Source of the DNA: Nemertoderma westbladi
Lineage: Eukaryota > Animalia > Xenacoelomorpha
DNA: 64,000 nucleotides
Assembly: GCA_032718475.1 (NCBI GenBank)
Contig: JAUCBJ010007293.1
Coordinates: 1,165 to 65,164 of the forward strand
Direction of reading: 5' to 3'
Shown: piece after piece, positions 1 through 11,920 of the stretch
Numbering within the stretch: position 1 is the stretch's first letter
Layout: each line of letters begins with the position of its first letter
Position numbers and translations under genes: made by a program
Notes under the pieces: generated by a model
Told to the model about the DNA's origin: nothing
The model's input: the letters and a program-made list of their open reading frames with translations, nothing else
Database searches by the model: none

Positions 1-37
1 GGAGTGAGTGGAGGGCTATGCTTCTCCTACTACTTAT

Positions 38-1258
38 ATGTTATTGGCCATTCTGCTGGTGTATCAAATGATACCAGGTTGGTGTCACAATCTATTGGAG
101 ACCTTCTTCCCAATAGTTGTGGAAGACCGGGATTGGTCGAAAACTCTTATTGGTGCATTACTTGCAATGTTTTCATTGGTCAGACTCATAATATACATTA
201 CTTTCACACATTCTATCAACAATTGGGGAACTCATATCTCTTTGGGTCTATTTGGCATTATTGGGGCACTTTCACAGTTAGCCTTTGGGTTTGTAGAATA
301 TATCCCGTATCATAAGAAGGAATTATATACAGTCACATGTTTTTCACTGCGCATCATCGAAGCTGTTGGACTCAACATTAGTTACATGTATTCATTCAGT
401 CTATTGATGGAATTGTGGCCGACACAAAGAACATTATTAGCTAGTCTAGCAGTTGTTTTCAGCAACATAGGATTCATGGTTGCACCAGTTTTTGGTTCTA
501 CAGTTTTTGCTGCTTTGGGTTTTGAATTCCCTTTTATTATATCAGGATTAATGTTTCTCATTTTCGTCCTTTACTGCTGGATAGAGTCACCAGCTTATCT
601 TCATGACAGATGTGAATCGACAGAAGTCAGACCAACTTATATTGGAGTTCTGAGGAATCCAGCTTTTTCAGTCATATTTTTTTTGAATGCATATTATAGC
701 TTAATTATATCATTTACCGCTACGAACTATGCTGCATACATTTATCACACCTACAGTGTGAACCAATACAACATTGGTCGGATTTATATGATATTTCCGA
801 TTCTTCAATTTTTCAATGGTCTAACAATGACTTTAATGATGAAGAAGTTGAATCATACTGTCATACCAACGGTAGTTGGTTCAATGATACTAGCAGTATC
901 AATGCAACTAATAGGCCCCACAGAACTACTCGGGTTACCTCATGATCTTTCCATCTCTATTGCTGGATGTGCTCTAGTAGGATTCGGATCTGGAGTATTT
1001 CAAACACCTGCTCTGGAAACCCAAACACGACTGTCTGTGAATGTGTGTGGTTATCCTGATAATGTTGACACTAGAACTCTTCTCCAACAAATGTTTAGAA
1101 TAGCAACATCTATCGGGAATATCATAGGTCCTATTTTTGGTGGATTTCTCAACGATTACTTTGGAGTGCAAGCAGCAAGTTCGCTTCTAAGCCTGTTGGG
1201 GTTGCCTTTTATGATATCTTTGGTGGTTGTGTTTGCTTTCAGATTTCGTGTTGGCTAG
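38..1258 (+). CDS. SLC18B1: Intronless MFS transporter, SLC18B1-like (class I copy); first ATG at 38, N-terminus shorter than the paralog at 54017
   Basis: About 12 hydrophobic segments. Motifs FFPIVVEDRDWSKTLIG, CFSLRIIEAVG, GFEFPFIISG and SIGNIIGPIFGGFLND align by eye with SLC18B1. Near-identical to 54017-55300. TGA at 5-7 closes the frame; the ORF-track start at 8 is GTG. Confidence 0.85.
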   Translation: MLLAILLVYQMIPGWCHNLLETFFPIVVEDRDWSKTLIGALLAMFSLVRLIIYITFTHSINNWGTHISLGLFGIIGALSQLAFGFVEYIPYHKKELYTVTCFSLRIIEAVGLNISYMYSFSLLMELWPTQRTLLASLAVVFSNIGFMVAPVFGSTVFAALGFEFPFIISGLMFLIFVLYCWIESPAYLHDRCESTEVRPTYIGVLRNPAFSVIFFLNAYYSLIISFTATNYAAYIYHTYSVNQYNIGRIYMIFPILQFFNGLTMTLMMKKLNHTVIPTVVGSMILAVSMQLIGPTELLGLPHDLSISIAGCALVGFGSGVFQTPALETQTRLSVNVCGYPDNVDTRTLLQQMFRIATSIGNIIGPIFGGFLNDYFGVQAASSLLSLLGLPFMISLVVVFAFRFRVG

Positions 1259-1644
1259 GTTAATCGAAACCCATTATGGTGGGAGATGTTTTATTGTTGT
1301 CATGGCGTACTGCATCTGCGACTTACTATATTCAAACTATGAACTGTACAGTTGGACTTATTTAATGTTTTATCACTGGAAATTGATATTCCCCTGACTA
1401 TTAATGTTGTTTGGTGGTTATAACTAAATCATGAGATCCTTCTGATTAGAATAATCATTAATTATGACTAAATTAGGTAATAAGTATAAAAATTTAATAT
1501 CCTTTTCCAGAAGGGTTTTACATAACAGTAGTTTGTAAGCAATGGGGATGAAAGGGACAAACGGTGAAGGGGAAATATATGTCTAAGTTTGTAGAAAATA
1601 CCACCGGATTTGTTATTATTTTTTGAGTACCTGACTTAATTATT

Positions 1645-1682
1645 TTATCTTCGGTGGTTGTGTTCGCTTTTAGAATTCGTGT
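1645..1682 (+). pseudogene. Short diverged copy of the last codons of the MFS gene
   Basis: ttatcttcggtggttgtgttcgcttttagaattcgtgt versus atatctttggtggttgtgtttgctttcagatttcgtgt at 1214-1251. Confidence 0.55.
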
Positions 1683-1796
1683 ACATTATATCTATTGTAA
1701 CTAGTGGTGGCTGCTCTGATCTTATGTTTAATATTGCTAATGATGCAATGATGCCTGGGGCATCTTAACCCCCCCCCCCCCCCCCCCTAGCGACGC

Positions 1797-2458
1797 TGTA
1801 AGCGGATTCAATTCCCTTGTATTATCCACCCGAAAATGGGACCAGTGGCATTTTACCGATATAGTTGGCGATACGAGATTACTAATAATAATCGCCTCAT
1901 AACCAACTCGGGGGGGGGGGGGGCGACACAGGCCCTAAAGCCACAGAGAGAGGTGAGAGGTCAAACCACCTCACAGGGAGAACACAGCTAGTCAAGGCTA
2001 GCGGCAGGGGGTTACACTCACAGGGAGTGCCAAAGTGACAATTAGTATATAAGCCAATAGCGGGCAGGGGAGCACGTAGGGAAAGATAGGAAAGCATCCA
2101 TTGGGTAGCAAAAGGCCGAAGTAGAGTAGAGGTGAAACCAATATCTATGTGTATCAATCATATAGTTATCATGATTACTGATTTACCGGTCAGTTCATTA
2201 ATCACAGAGTTGCAGACCGGTTATAGTTTTAACCGTCACTTCGTTATTCTACATACTGCTGTTGTAATTCTGTATTGCAATTTCGGTCATATACTGTCAT
2301 ACGTTCTGTGCTATTATCATTGGAACATTAACATCGAGAAACACAAACTCTGTTATTTTTCCCCAACGGCCTTCGGCCAAAAGGACACTAGCCCAGCAGA
2401 CCAGCAGTTAAGTGACGCATACAAATCTTACCCGGTCGGGATCTCAGATCCTGTCACA
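1797..2458 (+). repeat. 5' LTR (662 bp)
   Basis: TGTAAGCGGAT...ATCCTGTCACA; TATA-like TATATAAG near 2047; 1869-2458 is repeated at 6636-7228. Confidence 0.9.
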
Positions 2459-3942
2459 GTTAAAAACTATCCAGCTTACAACAGACTGTGACCGCAACAC
2501 ATAAAGATGAGCGAACAGACGCCCCGAGAATCAGAGGGAGAAAGAACGCCGCCGCGGACCCCGGACGACACCAACCAACGACAACAGGCCTCGACGAGAT
2601 GGTACCGGCCAGCCACTCTGAATTCGCCAATGAGGGACGATCCGAATGCCCAAGCGGAAGGCAGCCGACAATTACGAGGAGGGAAGGACAAAGATGAGTC
2701 GATGCGAGACAGCGACAGTCGGAGTACCGAAGTCGCTGGCCAGCCACAGGCCGAAGGCGACGGTAGGGCCGCCGGTACGACGCCAGACAAGGATGGAATT
2801 TAGAGTCAACGAGGAGGATGTCGGGACGAGTGATCGCCTACGACGGGCGTACAACGCCACGAAGAAACTACTGAAAGTGGCTAAGGAGGGGAGAAAGGTA
2901 GACCAGCCTAAACTATACCAGAGGCTAGGTGAGTCGAATAAACATTTCCGTTACTTAGTCCATTTTGGACAGGGAGAACTGGCGAGTGAGAGAGTGAGGG
3001 GGGTCGCCACAGAACTGTTTGAATTGTGGCGGTCCGAGGTAATGGAGCCAGATGTAGTGTACATAGGGCCTTTCCTAGTGGATGCCAGGGGAATTAAGTT
3101 AGTGGGATGGGCGGACCCACACGACGGCGAATCCGAGGTTAACCCCGAGGATTTGGTGTCGTCGGTTAGTAAGAACCCCAGTAAATGGGGGAAAATTAGT
3201 AGGACAGAGAGACGACGGGAGTCCGTCTTGACCGTCCACTACATCCTCAACTAAAGCAAGAAGGGTGTTAGAGATAGATCTGGAGTGTCAACTAGACATT
3301 GTGGCGCTGGATCAAAAGGAACTGGAGAGGCAGTTAGATGAGGGAACTGCACTATTAGAGAGGGAGAGAGAATTAGCGAGAGAGTGTAAAGAGAGAGCCA
3401 AGAGGGTGGCGAGAAACTATAGGGAGCGGGAGGAGAGAGAGATGAGTGAGCGCAAAGAGCGGGAGGCAAGAGTAGAGAACGAATGAAAGGAGCGGGAGAC
3501 AAGAGAGGTGAATGAATGAAAGGAGTATGAGACAAGAGAGGTGAACGAGCGTAGAGAGCGGGAGGCGAGAGAGATGGAATTGGCCAACCAAAGTATGAGG
3601 GAGGATAGAGAGGGAGAGAGCGGGAAAGCGTATGCAGGATGATATACATACCTGGTTGAGGGGGCTTATGCAATACCAAGTGAAGCAAAAGCACCGGTTA
3701 GAACTGTTAAAGTTGGGATTATCCGAGAGTGAGGCTGGTTCGGGTAGTATTTATGAGGAACCAGAGTTGATTGAAACCTTTGTTAATACCCCACTTACAG
3801 GTACTGGACGACAGACCCAGGACTGGGGGGGGGGGGGGGGGGTAATGGTAATAATACGTTGGAGGGAGTTAATATTAATAGTACCGTAATAGACAACCCT
3901 AATCAAACCTTTCTTGCAGGAAATAATATTTTACCCGGTAAC

Positions 3943-4062
3943 AATAACCCTAATTTAAATGTGCAAAATAATCTAAATAATAACCCTAATTTAAATGTGT
4001 AAAATAATCTAAATAATAACCCTAATTTAAATGTGCAAAATAATCTAAATAATAACCCTAAT
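3943..4062 (+). repeat. 36-bp tandem repeat, about 3.3 copies, inside gag (NNPNLNVQNNLN)
   Basis: aataaccctaatttaaatgtgcaaaataatctaaat repeated; the middle unit has CAA>TAA. Confidence 0.85.
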
Positions 4063-4221
4063 ACTGAGGATAATAATTTAAAAAATAATTTAGGTAACAA
4101 TATTACGTTAAATGACCCTGAAGAAATTAACCAAAATAATATGATTAGTAATAATGTAACGAATCAGGGCGAGATTGATAATGGAGCAATTAATGCAAAC
4201 GTAGGGGGAACAGGTGGCCCG

Positions 4222-4372
4222 GCCAACAAGAGCTTGCAAGGCCACGCAGTTGCACAGGGAGTAGTGGGGGTGAGTCAACCCAACGAGAGCCTGCAAGGCC
4301 ACGCAGTTACGCAGGGAGTAGCGGGGGGTGAGTCAACCCAATGAGAGCCTGCAAGGCCACGCAGTTGTAGAG
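4222..4372 (+). repeat. About 57-bp tandem repeat, about 2.6 copies, inside gag (NESLQGHAV...)
   Basis: gagcctgcaaggccacgcagtt occurs three times. Confidence 0.8.
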
Positions 4373-6635
4373 GGAGAAGCAGGGCTGAGTAAACCCAGCG
4401 AGGGTAGAGATAATGCGTCGACTAGAGAGGGGCGTAGGGGCGAAGTAAGAGGTGACGGATGGGGGGGGGGGGGGGGGGGCTACGGGCACCCCACCACAAG
4501 CGATTAGTGGCGAGAGGGGGGGGGGCAGAGAATGCCCCACAAGCGTCGGCGGACAATGCACGCGGAGAGTTAGGTGAACCGCGGCACCCGACGACAGAGA
4601 ATAGTAGGGGTATTGCGAATATCCCCAGAACCATCCAACTGGGCAGAGAGAGAGACGTTGGCGCCGTGAGCGGGTGAGTGAGAAGACGTTGAGCCCAGTC
4701 GGAAGATGGAGTAAGAACAGTGGAGTTTATCCGGGAGGTCGAAGCGAGATCTCACGAGGAGGATCACTGCACTGAAGTCAGACGAAGTGAAGAAAATAGA
4801 AGGAACGTTGCCACGAGCAACCAGAGAGGAAGGACGGACAGTGAACAGTCGGTAGTCGAGATGGAGTTAGAGAGCCGGTGGGGTCAAACTCCGGGAGATT
4901 GCCGTCGCCCCGGAGAGACACAACCTGGTGAGATATACCATACACCTGGAGAAGGGTATAGGATGTACCGTTGCGAGGACGAGGACAGGAGAGGGGATCG
5001 AAGGGAAACTTCCCGACAGAATGTAGCTGCCGATCGAGAATATGGTAGTCGCGGGGAAGACTTCTTGGAATATTCGAGAAGAGATTAAACTTCGGTCCGG
5101 AAGGATACAGGCAGACTGCAGGACATACTGTAGGCCTTATTGCACATACTATACTATAGGCCATGCTGGGAGAGATAGTGTAGGCGATAGGGTAGTGCGG
5201 ACAATGGGATTAGACCCGGAAGTCACGGCATACATACCGGTAGGTAGGCAAGAAGTGGATAGGCCTATACCAGTACCTGCACACCAGTATGACTATAACA
5301 TGCAGGGATATAATATATACCCAGGGGAGGGAGGAGCTATTGCCGATAGGTGCATGGGCCCTAACATGAAAACATCAACCCCAGTACCAAATATAACACC
5401 GGTGGGGGGGGGGGGGGTGATATTCCCCCATTGCAATATCAGCATTACACTCAACCAAGAACAAAAACCCCAAACCCCCTCAGACCCAAATAAGTCGTGT
5501 GACACAGAGATATGGAGGGGACCGTTACCCCCGATGATATATCCAACACAGAGTAAGACAACAGGCCCGACGGACGAACCGCACCCGACAGCAAGGGAGT
5601 CTGTATCACAACCATCGAGCGTGCTAGAGGTACAAGCGATGGGAATGGCAATACTCATTGACGCTCTAAAGACCAGGATCGAGCTACCACCAGTGGAGCC
5701 GTTCAAATTCGATGGCAATACCTGCAATTCCAGCGTATGTACAGTAACGAAATATTAACGAAGAAACTGATGCAGGCGGAGTGCCTAAAATACTTACAAG
5801 TTTATACAGGGGGGCCAGCATACGACATCTTAAGGCAGTGCCAAGGTATCGAAGATGGATTCACGACTGCATGGCGGGCCCTAGACAGGGAATTTGGACA
5901 TCCTGCTAAGATCATCCGGCAAACATTAAGGGGGATAACATCAGGCGGACTACAGGATAACCCTGTCAGCATCAAGACCTTCGCGAATAAAGTCGAAAAG
6001 GCGCTGATTGTGCTAAAGACCCTAGATGCACCTTACGAACTCAACGCATCGAATAACATCACCACAATAGCGCAGGCACTACCGATCTGGCTGAGGAATA
6101 AGTGGAGAAAGATCGCCTTCTCCGCCCGGGAGAAGAAGGGTGCAGAGCCAGGGCTAGAGGAGATGTCGAACTTCCTTAACTATGAGGCGGAACTAATCAT
6201 GGACCCAGTCTACAGCGAGGATAGTCTGGGGAGGGTGCCGAGAGCCGAATACAACAGGCCGAAACCAGAGCACAGTGTGGCAAATGCATTACCAAAGTTA
6301 AGAGAGTCACTACCATACGCAGCGACATAGGGGACAGCAAGTCCACAGATAGCTGGGAGTAGGGCCACACCGTGGCACGATCAGGGACAAAATAACAACA
6401 CAAACTAATACAATCCCAACACACCCAGTAGGCCAAGTCCAAATAATAAAAACACTAGACCGCTAGGAATGAATATACACGTGGCGCTGTATAAAGAAGG
6501 CTACAATCCAAAATACTATTGCCAATTACACACAAACGCATTCCACCAGACCATGAACTGCAAGCATTGGCAAGCGTTGCCTAAACAAGATCGGTTAGCC
6601 TAGGCGAGTAGAAATGGAATTTGACATCAATACAT

Positions 6636-7228
6636 CGATACGAGATTACTAATAATAATCGCCTCATAACCAACTCGGGGGGGGGGGGGGGGCGACACAG
6701 GCCCTAAAGCCACAGAGAGAGGTGAGAGGTCAAACCACCTCACAGGGAGAACACAGCTAGTCAAGGCTAGCGGCAGGGGGTAACACTCACAGGGAGTGCC
6801 AAAGTGACAATTAGTATATAAGCCAATAGCGGGCAGGGGAGCACGTGGTGAAAGATAGGAAAGCATCCATTGGGTAGCAAAAGGCCGAAGTAGAGTAGAG
6901 GTGAAACCAATATCTATGTGTATCAATCATATAGTTATCATGATTACTGATTTACCGGTCAGTTCATTAATCACAGAGTTGCAGACTGGTTATAGTTTTT
7001 AACTGTCACTTCGTTATTCTACACACTGCTGTTGTAATTCTGTATTGCAATTTCGATCATATACTGTCATACGTTCTGTGCTATTGTCATTGGAACATTA
7101 TCATCGAGAAACACAAACTCTGTTATTTTTCCCCAATGGCCTTAGGCCAAAAGGACACTAGCCCAGCAGACCAGCAGTTAAGTGACGCGTACAAATCTTA
7201 CCCGGTCGGGATCTCAGATCCCGTCACA
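6636..7228 (+). repeat. 3' LTR lacking its first ~72 bp (deleted together with pol and the PPT)
   Basis: Matches 1869-2458 with roughly a dozen substitutions; ends ATCCCGTCACA followed by the TSD. Confidence 0.9.
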
Positions 7229-7390
7229 GACACCACTGCCCTAGAATGACAGTTGTTTTCCAAATATCTCACTGCGCGTGCGTATGCATTTGTGTCCATA
7301 ATTTTAGGAAGCCAATAATGTAACTAGTCCTATCCTACCTTGTATAATAATGAAAACTGTTTAACTGGTGATCTCTTGCAACTGCTGGAA

Positions 7391-7478
7391 GGATCCAAGA
7401 ATTGGAGGTTGGTCGGATCCAAGAATTGGAGGTTGGACGGATCCAAGAATTGGATGTTGGATGGATCCAAGAATTGGG
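7391..7478. repeat. 24-bp minisatellite, about 3.7 copies
   Basis: ggatccaagaattggaggttggNN repeated head-to-tail. Confidence 0.85.
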
Positions 7479-8696
7479 TGTCCTCATTTCTCACACGTGT
7501 TTGTTTGTGTGTGATTGTTTGTACACACAACTTCTTGCACTTACTTAATATTGATGGAATTGGATGAAACATTGATGATAGGTTCATTATCGGACCTAGT
7601 TGTGTATGCAAGATTTTGGTTACGACGGACCTGTTGGTTGCACATTGGCGGATGTTGGTTGCCTATTGGACGTGCTTTCTGCAAAATTTCGCTTTATTTC
7701 GTTTAGAATTGTAGAAGATACATTTCTTACAAACAGTGTTTTTTATCATACAATTTACTACTATTGTACTACAGTATGTGTACTACTATTGTTTACTACT
7801 ATAATATTGATAGCAATGGATCCGTCCATTATTGCCCGCTCTCGGTTGGCAAGCTTGTCCATTAATGTATTATCTGATGTGCTTGAACATAAATTTTTCT
7901 GATTAGTATAATTATGGTAGGAATGTTTATATTTTAATTTGATATTAAATATTATTAAATATATATATATAAATACTGTAACTGTGAGGGTGTCGCAGAT
8001 CTTGGACTGGGCTGGGGTTCGGGGACGATGCTGGCCTTCGGGGTGCTGACGTCCCAGACTCCTACTAGAATTTAGCGGTACTTTTATTGCGTTGTCGTAT
8101 TCAATTATCTTTTGCTCAGGTTTATTGCTGCATGCTTTTACTGACTGACTGTATATTGATGTAATTCACTTTAATTTATAATTAATTATACTATGACAGT
8201 AGTTTTCCAATTATTTCTCATGTGTGTGTGTATGCATATGTCTCCATAATTGAATTATTAGTTAATTAATTAATATGATAAATAATTTTTTAATATATAT
8301 TTAATATCCCCATCAATTGTTGTATCTTGAATTATCCACACACTATATCCAGCCCAATATGGTTCATAGATCATTTGGTAGATCATTCAGTCTTCCCAAT
8401 TATCCATGGTTGTTGCAATTTCGTTTCTCCCAAGTCCAAAATAGCTTTAAAGTAAGTCAATAATATATGTCATAGCCAGTCATCCACAGAAACCTACCTT
8501 CTAGTGCTGGTTGCCAGAAAAGTTTAATTATTACCTCGTATTTACTTCTGAAGCAATATTGCTCGCCCCACAAGGTAGGTGGTATAATACAACATATAAT
8601 AACATCCAGGTAAAAATGAATGATATATTTGTTTGTGCCAAATAGATAAACAAAATTTAACAATAAGTTACACCAATAACTACTGTATAATTACCA

Positions 8697-11600
8697 GGAC
8701 CCCTACAGTCGGCAGCAGGGCTGTAGGCCATGGATAGGCGGAAGGTAATCAACCAACGGCTAGACATGCTGACAAGGTCGGCGGAAGGTAATCAACCAAC
8801 GGCGACCTACTGCAAAGACGCTCGTAGGAGTTGCGACCACAAGCGGTTTACTCCCGCAACTGAAAGATATGAGTATGAGAACCCTCCAGGAGAAATACCG
8901 GCTCGGTCGTCGCCCGGGTCAACAAGGGCCGCGTCCCTCAGTGGTACACCAGGCTGGGGTCGATAAATTGGCTACTGGAACAGAAGACAGAGAAGAAAGA
9001 AGAACCAACCTGTTGAAATGTAAAAAGACACTAAAGATTGCTACAATGAACGCACGCATGTTGAAAGCACAGAGCAAACAGGGTGACATGGTCGCTCTGG
9101 CAATGGAATATAACATCGACATCATCTGCATCCAAGAACATCGGATTTGTCATGAAGACACTGCCATGAAGTACAATGACATTGGAAATGGATGGACGTT
9201 AGTAACAAGCTCAGCAGTAAGAAACTCGGCCAATGCATCAATTGGTGGAGTAGGAATTCTGCTAAGCCCATTTGCACTTAAGACCCTAAACAACATCGAA
9301 TCTATAAATTCCAGGGTTATGATCGCAACATTTGATGGGAATCCCAAGACAACAGTTATATGTTGCTACAGTCCAACCAATGCATCAGAGCCAGAACAAG
9401 CAGTCAAGTTTTATGAAGAACTGACTGGACTTATTAAGGACATCCCGAAACACAATGTTAAAGTCATTGCTGGTGACCTGAATGCGCAAATTGGCCCAGA
9501 AGACATCAAGGGTTACACCTATAACACCAGTTCTAACAGAAATGGGTACTTACTTTTAGACCTAATGGAAGAATGTGAATTGATACCAACAAACAACACA
9601 TTCGAAAAGAGTAAGGGGAAGCTATGGACCTTTCAATACCCTAATGGAACCAAAGCACAACTGGATTACATCCTTATAAACAAAAAGTGGAGAAATAGCA
9701 TGATCAACTGCGAGGCATACAGCTCGTTCAACCTAATTGGTTCGGACCACAGAATTGTCACTGCAGAGATCAGACTCAGTTTGAGAGCCAGCAAACCCAG
9801 GACAAGCAAGCAAATCAACTATGACTGGGAGAAACTCAGAACTGACAATGCTGTAAGGGATGCTTATACAGTAGAAGTTCAAAACCGCTTTGAAGCACTT
9901 CAGTCAATGGATGAAGACCAATCCACCGATTCAATATACCAGAATATAATAACAGCCCACAAGGAATCAGCTAAGAGGCATATCCCCCAGAAACCTAAAC
10001 GAAAACAGTATGTGCCATGGCAAAACTCTGAGGTTACTTGTAAGAGAGAGGATCTTAAGATAGCCTACAAAGTTAAAACCGAACAACCAACAACCGAAAA
10101 CATTAACAAGGTTGAGAAAGCTAAGGACGATCTTAAATTGGCCTACAACATCAGCCAGGAAAAGTACATACAGGATAAAACTGAAGCAATTACAACTGCT
10201 CACATACAGCACCAATCAAGACTTACCTGGCAAACTGTAAATGAGGTATCTGGTCGGAAAAGTTGTGCAAAGGGGCGCCTCAAAGCCGATAGTCCTGAAG
10301 AACGTGTTGGGAAGTGGAAAAATCATTTCAGCAACTTGCTTGGGCAGCCACCAAACATCGAGGTCAGCCCTACAAGGAAAATATATGACAAGACACTACC
10401 TATAGAAACAGGGGACTTCACACCTGCCGAACTCCAAAGAAGCATTAAAAGCATGTCCAATAATAAAGCGAGTGGATTAGATGAAATCCCAGCGGAGGTA
10501 TGGAAAACCGGAGTTCTAAATAGACCATTATTGAATGTTTGCAACCGGATGTTAAAAGGGGAAAAGCCACCACCAATTTGGACTAAAGGTCAACTAAAGC
10601 CTCTCCCCTAGAAAGGAGACCTCGGCATACCAACAAACTATCGTGGGATCTGTCTGCTTGTGGTAGCTGCCAAAATATACAATAAAATGATTTTATATAG
10701 GATTAGGCCTCACATAGAGAAACTACTGCGTAAGAGCCAAAACGGATTTCGACCAAGTAGATCAACAATAGCTCAGATACTTGCACTACGGAGACTGATT
10801 GAAGGAATTAAGTCAAAGAATCTCCCCGCAGTCATGACTTTTGTGGACTTCAAGAAGGCATTCGACTCCATCCATAGAGGTAAAATGCTTGAAATCCTAA
10901 GAGCTTATGGAATACCAGAAGTAATTGTTGCTGGCATTGGATTGTTATATTGTGACACAGAAGCGCAGGTACTCTCACCAGATGGTGAAACTGAGTTTTT
11001 CTCAATCCTGGCTGGCGTACTGCAAGGTGACACATTAGCACCATTACTATTTGTAATTGTGCTGGATTACGCAATTAGGACGGCCACAAAGGGTGAAGAT
11101 CTGGGATTCACACTTCAAGAACGCAGAAGTAGTAGATATCCGGCAACTACAGTCACAGACACCGACTTTGCGGATGACATCGCCCTGCTCTCTAATACGC
11201 TAGCAGATGCACAGCTTCTACTAAATAAAGTGGAGTGGGCTGCTAAGGAGGTTGGATTGTATATAAATGCTACCAAGACCGAATTCATGACCTTTAATGT
11301 TGATGGAAACTTGACAACCATTGATAATAATCAACTAAGGAAGGTCGATGACTTCCAGTACCTTGGATCATGGATAGAGAGTAGCAAAAAGGACATAGAA
11401 GTTAGGAAAGCCAAAGGCTTGGGTAGCTCTATCAAAAATGGATACCATCTGGAAATCAGATCTCTCCAGGCACCTGAAGACTAAGTTCTTTCGAGCCACA
11501 GTGGAAAGTGTATTTTTATACGGGGGTGACACCTGGACACTGACTAAATCACTTGAACAACGAATTGATGGTTGCTATACAAGACTACTAAGGGCAGCCC

Positions 11601-11920
11601 TAAACATCAGCTGGAGACAACACATGACAAACGCCGAGCTTTATGGTACAATACCACCTGTATCAACCACCCTCCGTGAACGCAGATTAAGATTCAGTGG
11701 GCACTGCTGGCGAAGTAAAGACGAGGTCATACCAGATCTACTTCTCTGGCAACCAACTCATGGAAAGCGTAGTCGTGGACGACCTGCCATAACATATATA
11801 GATCAACTTGAAAGGGATACTGAACTTGGGAGAAACGAAATTGCGACAACTATGGAGAATCGGGAAGCCTGGAAGGATCTCATTTCCACTGTCCGAGTTC
11901 GCTCGACCTAGTAGTAGTAG
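8697..11920 (+). mobile_element. RTE-type non-LTR retrotransposon, near full length
   Basis: 9-bp TSD TAATTACCA (8688-8696 / 11921-11929), (TAG)n tail overlapping the stop codon, single APE-RT reading frame. Confidence 0.92.
8869..11911 (+). pseudogene. AP-endonuclease / reverse transcriptase ORF of the RTE element, with one nonsense codon (10609-10611) and one frameshift (~11415)
   Basis: APE motifs ICIQEH, AGDLNA, LDYIL, SDH; RT motifs DFKKAFDS, GVLQGDTLAP, FADD, FQYLGS; C-terminal RRLRFSGHCWR and RSRGRP. Confidence 0.92.

Larger units (their letters stand above)
2507..6625 (+). pseudogene. Disrupted Bel/Pao gag (N-terminal domain, coiled-coil and low-complexity repeats, DUF1759-like capsid, zinc knuckle)
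   Basis: Series of + ORF pieces (2646-3254, 3265-3486, 4033-4344, 5042-5758, 5737-6330) broken by stops and frameshifts, several next to poly-G runs. Confidence 0.8.
1797..7228 (+). mobile_element. Bel/Pao LTR retrotransposon, pol-deleted and non-autonomous
   Basis: TG...CA termini. 5-bp TSD GACGC (1792-1796) / GACAC (7229-7233). Two LTR copies. Internal DUF1759-type gag (ELPPVEPFKFDG, LKYLQVYTGGPA, AWRALDREFG, LPIWLRNKW) and a Cys/His knuckle remnant near 6515-6625. Confidence 0.9.

Noticed and set aside
8-37. ORF-track N-terminus MEGYASPTTY
   Set aside because: Begins at GTG in sequence not homologous to the paralogs; unlikely eukaryotic start.
1797-2480. Placing the 5' LTR end at 2480 (TGTAAGC...GCTTACA looks like a perfect terminal inverted repeat)
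   Set aside because: The 3' LTR ends at the position equivalent to 2458 and is followed directly by the TSD, so 2459-2480 is internal leader.
7391-7478. CRISPR-like repeat
   Set aside because: Head-to-tail 24-bp units without unique spacers, no cas genes, eukaryotic context.
8697-8870. HDV-like ribozyme at the RTE 5' end (known in some RTEs)
   Set aside because: Only simple hairpins are visible; I could not build the nested double pseudoknot by eye. A covariance or descriptor search would be needed.
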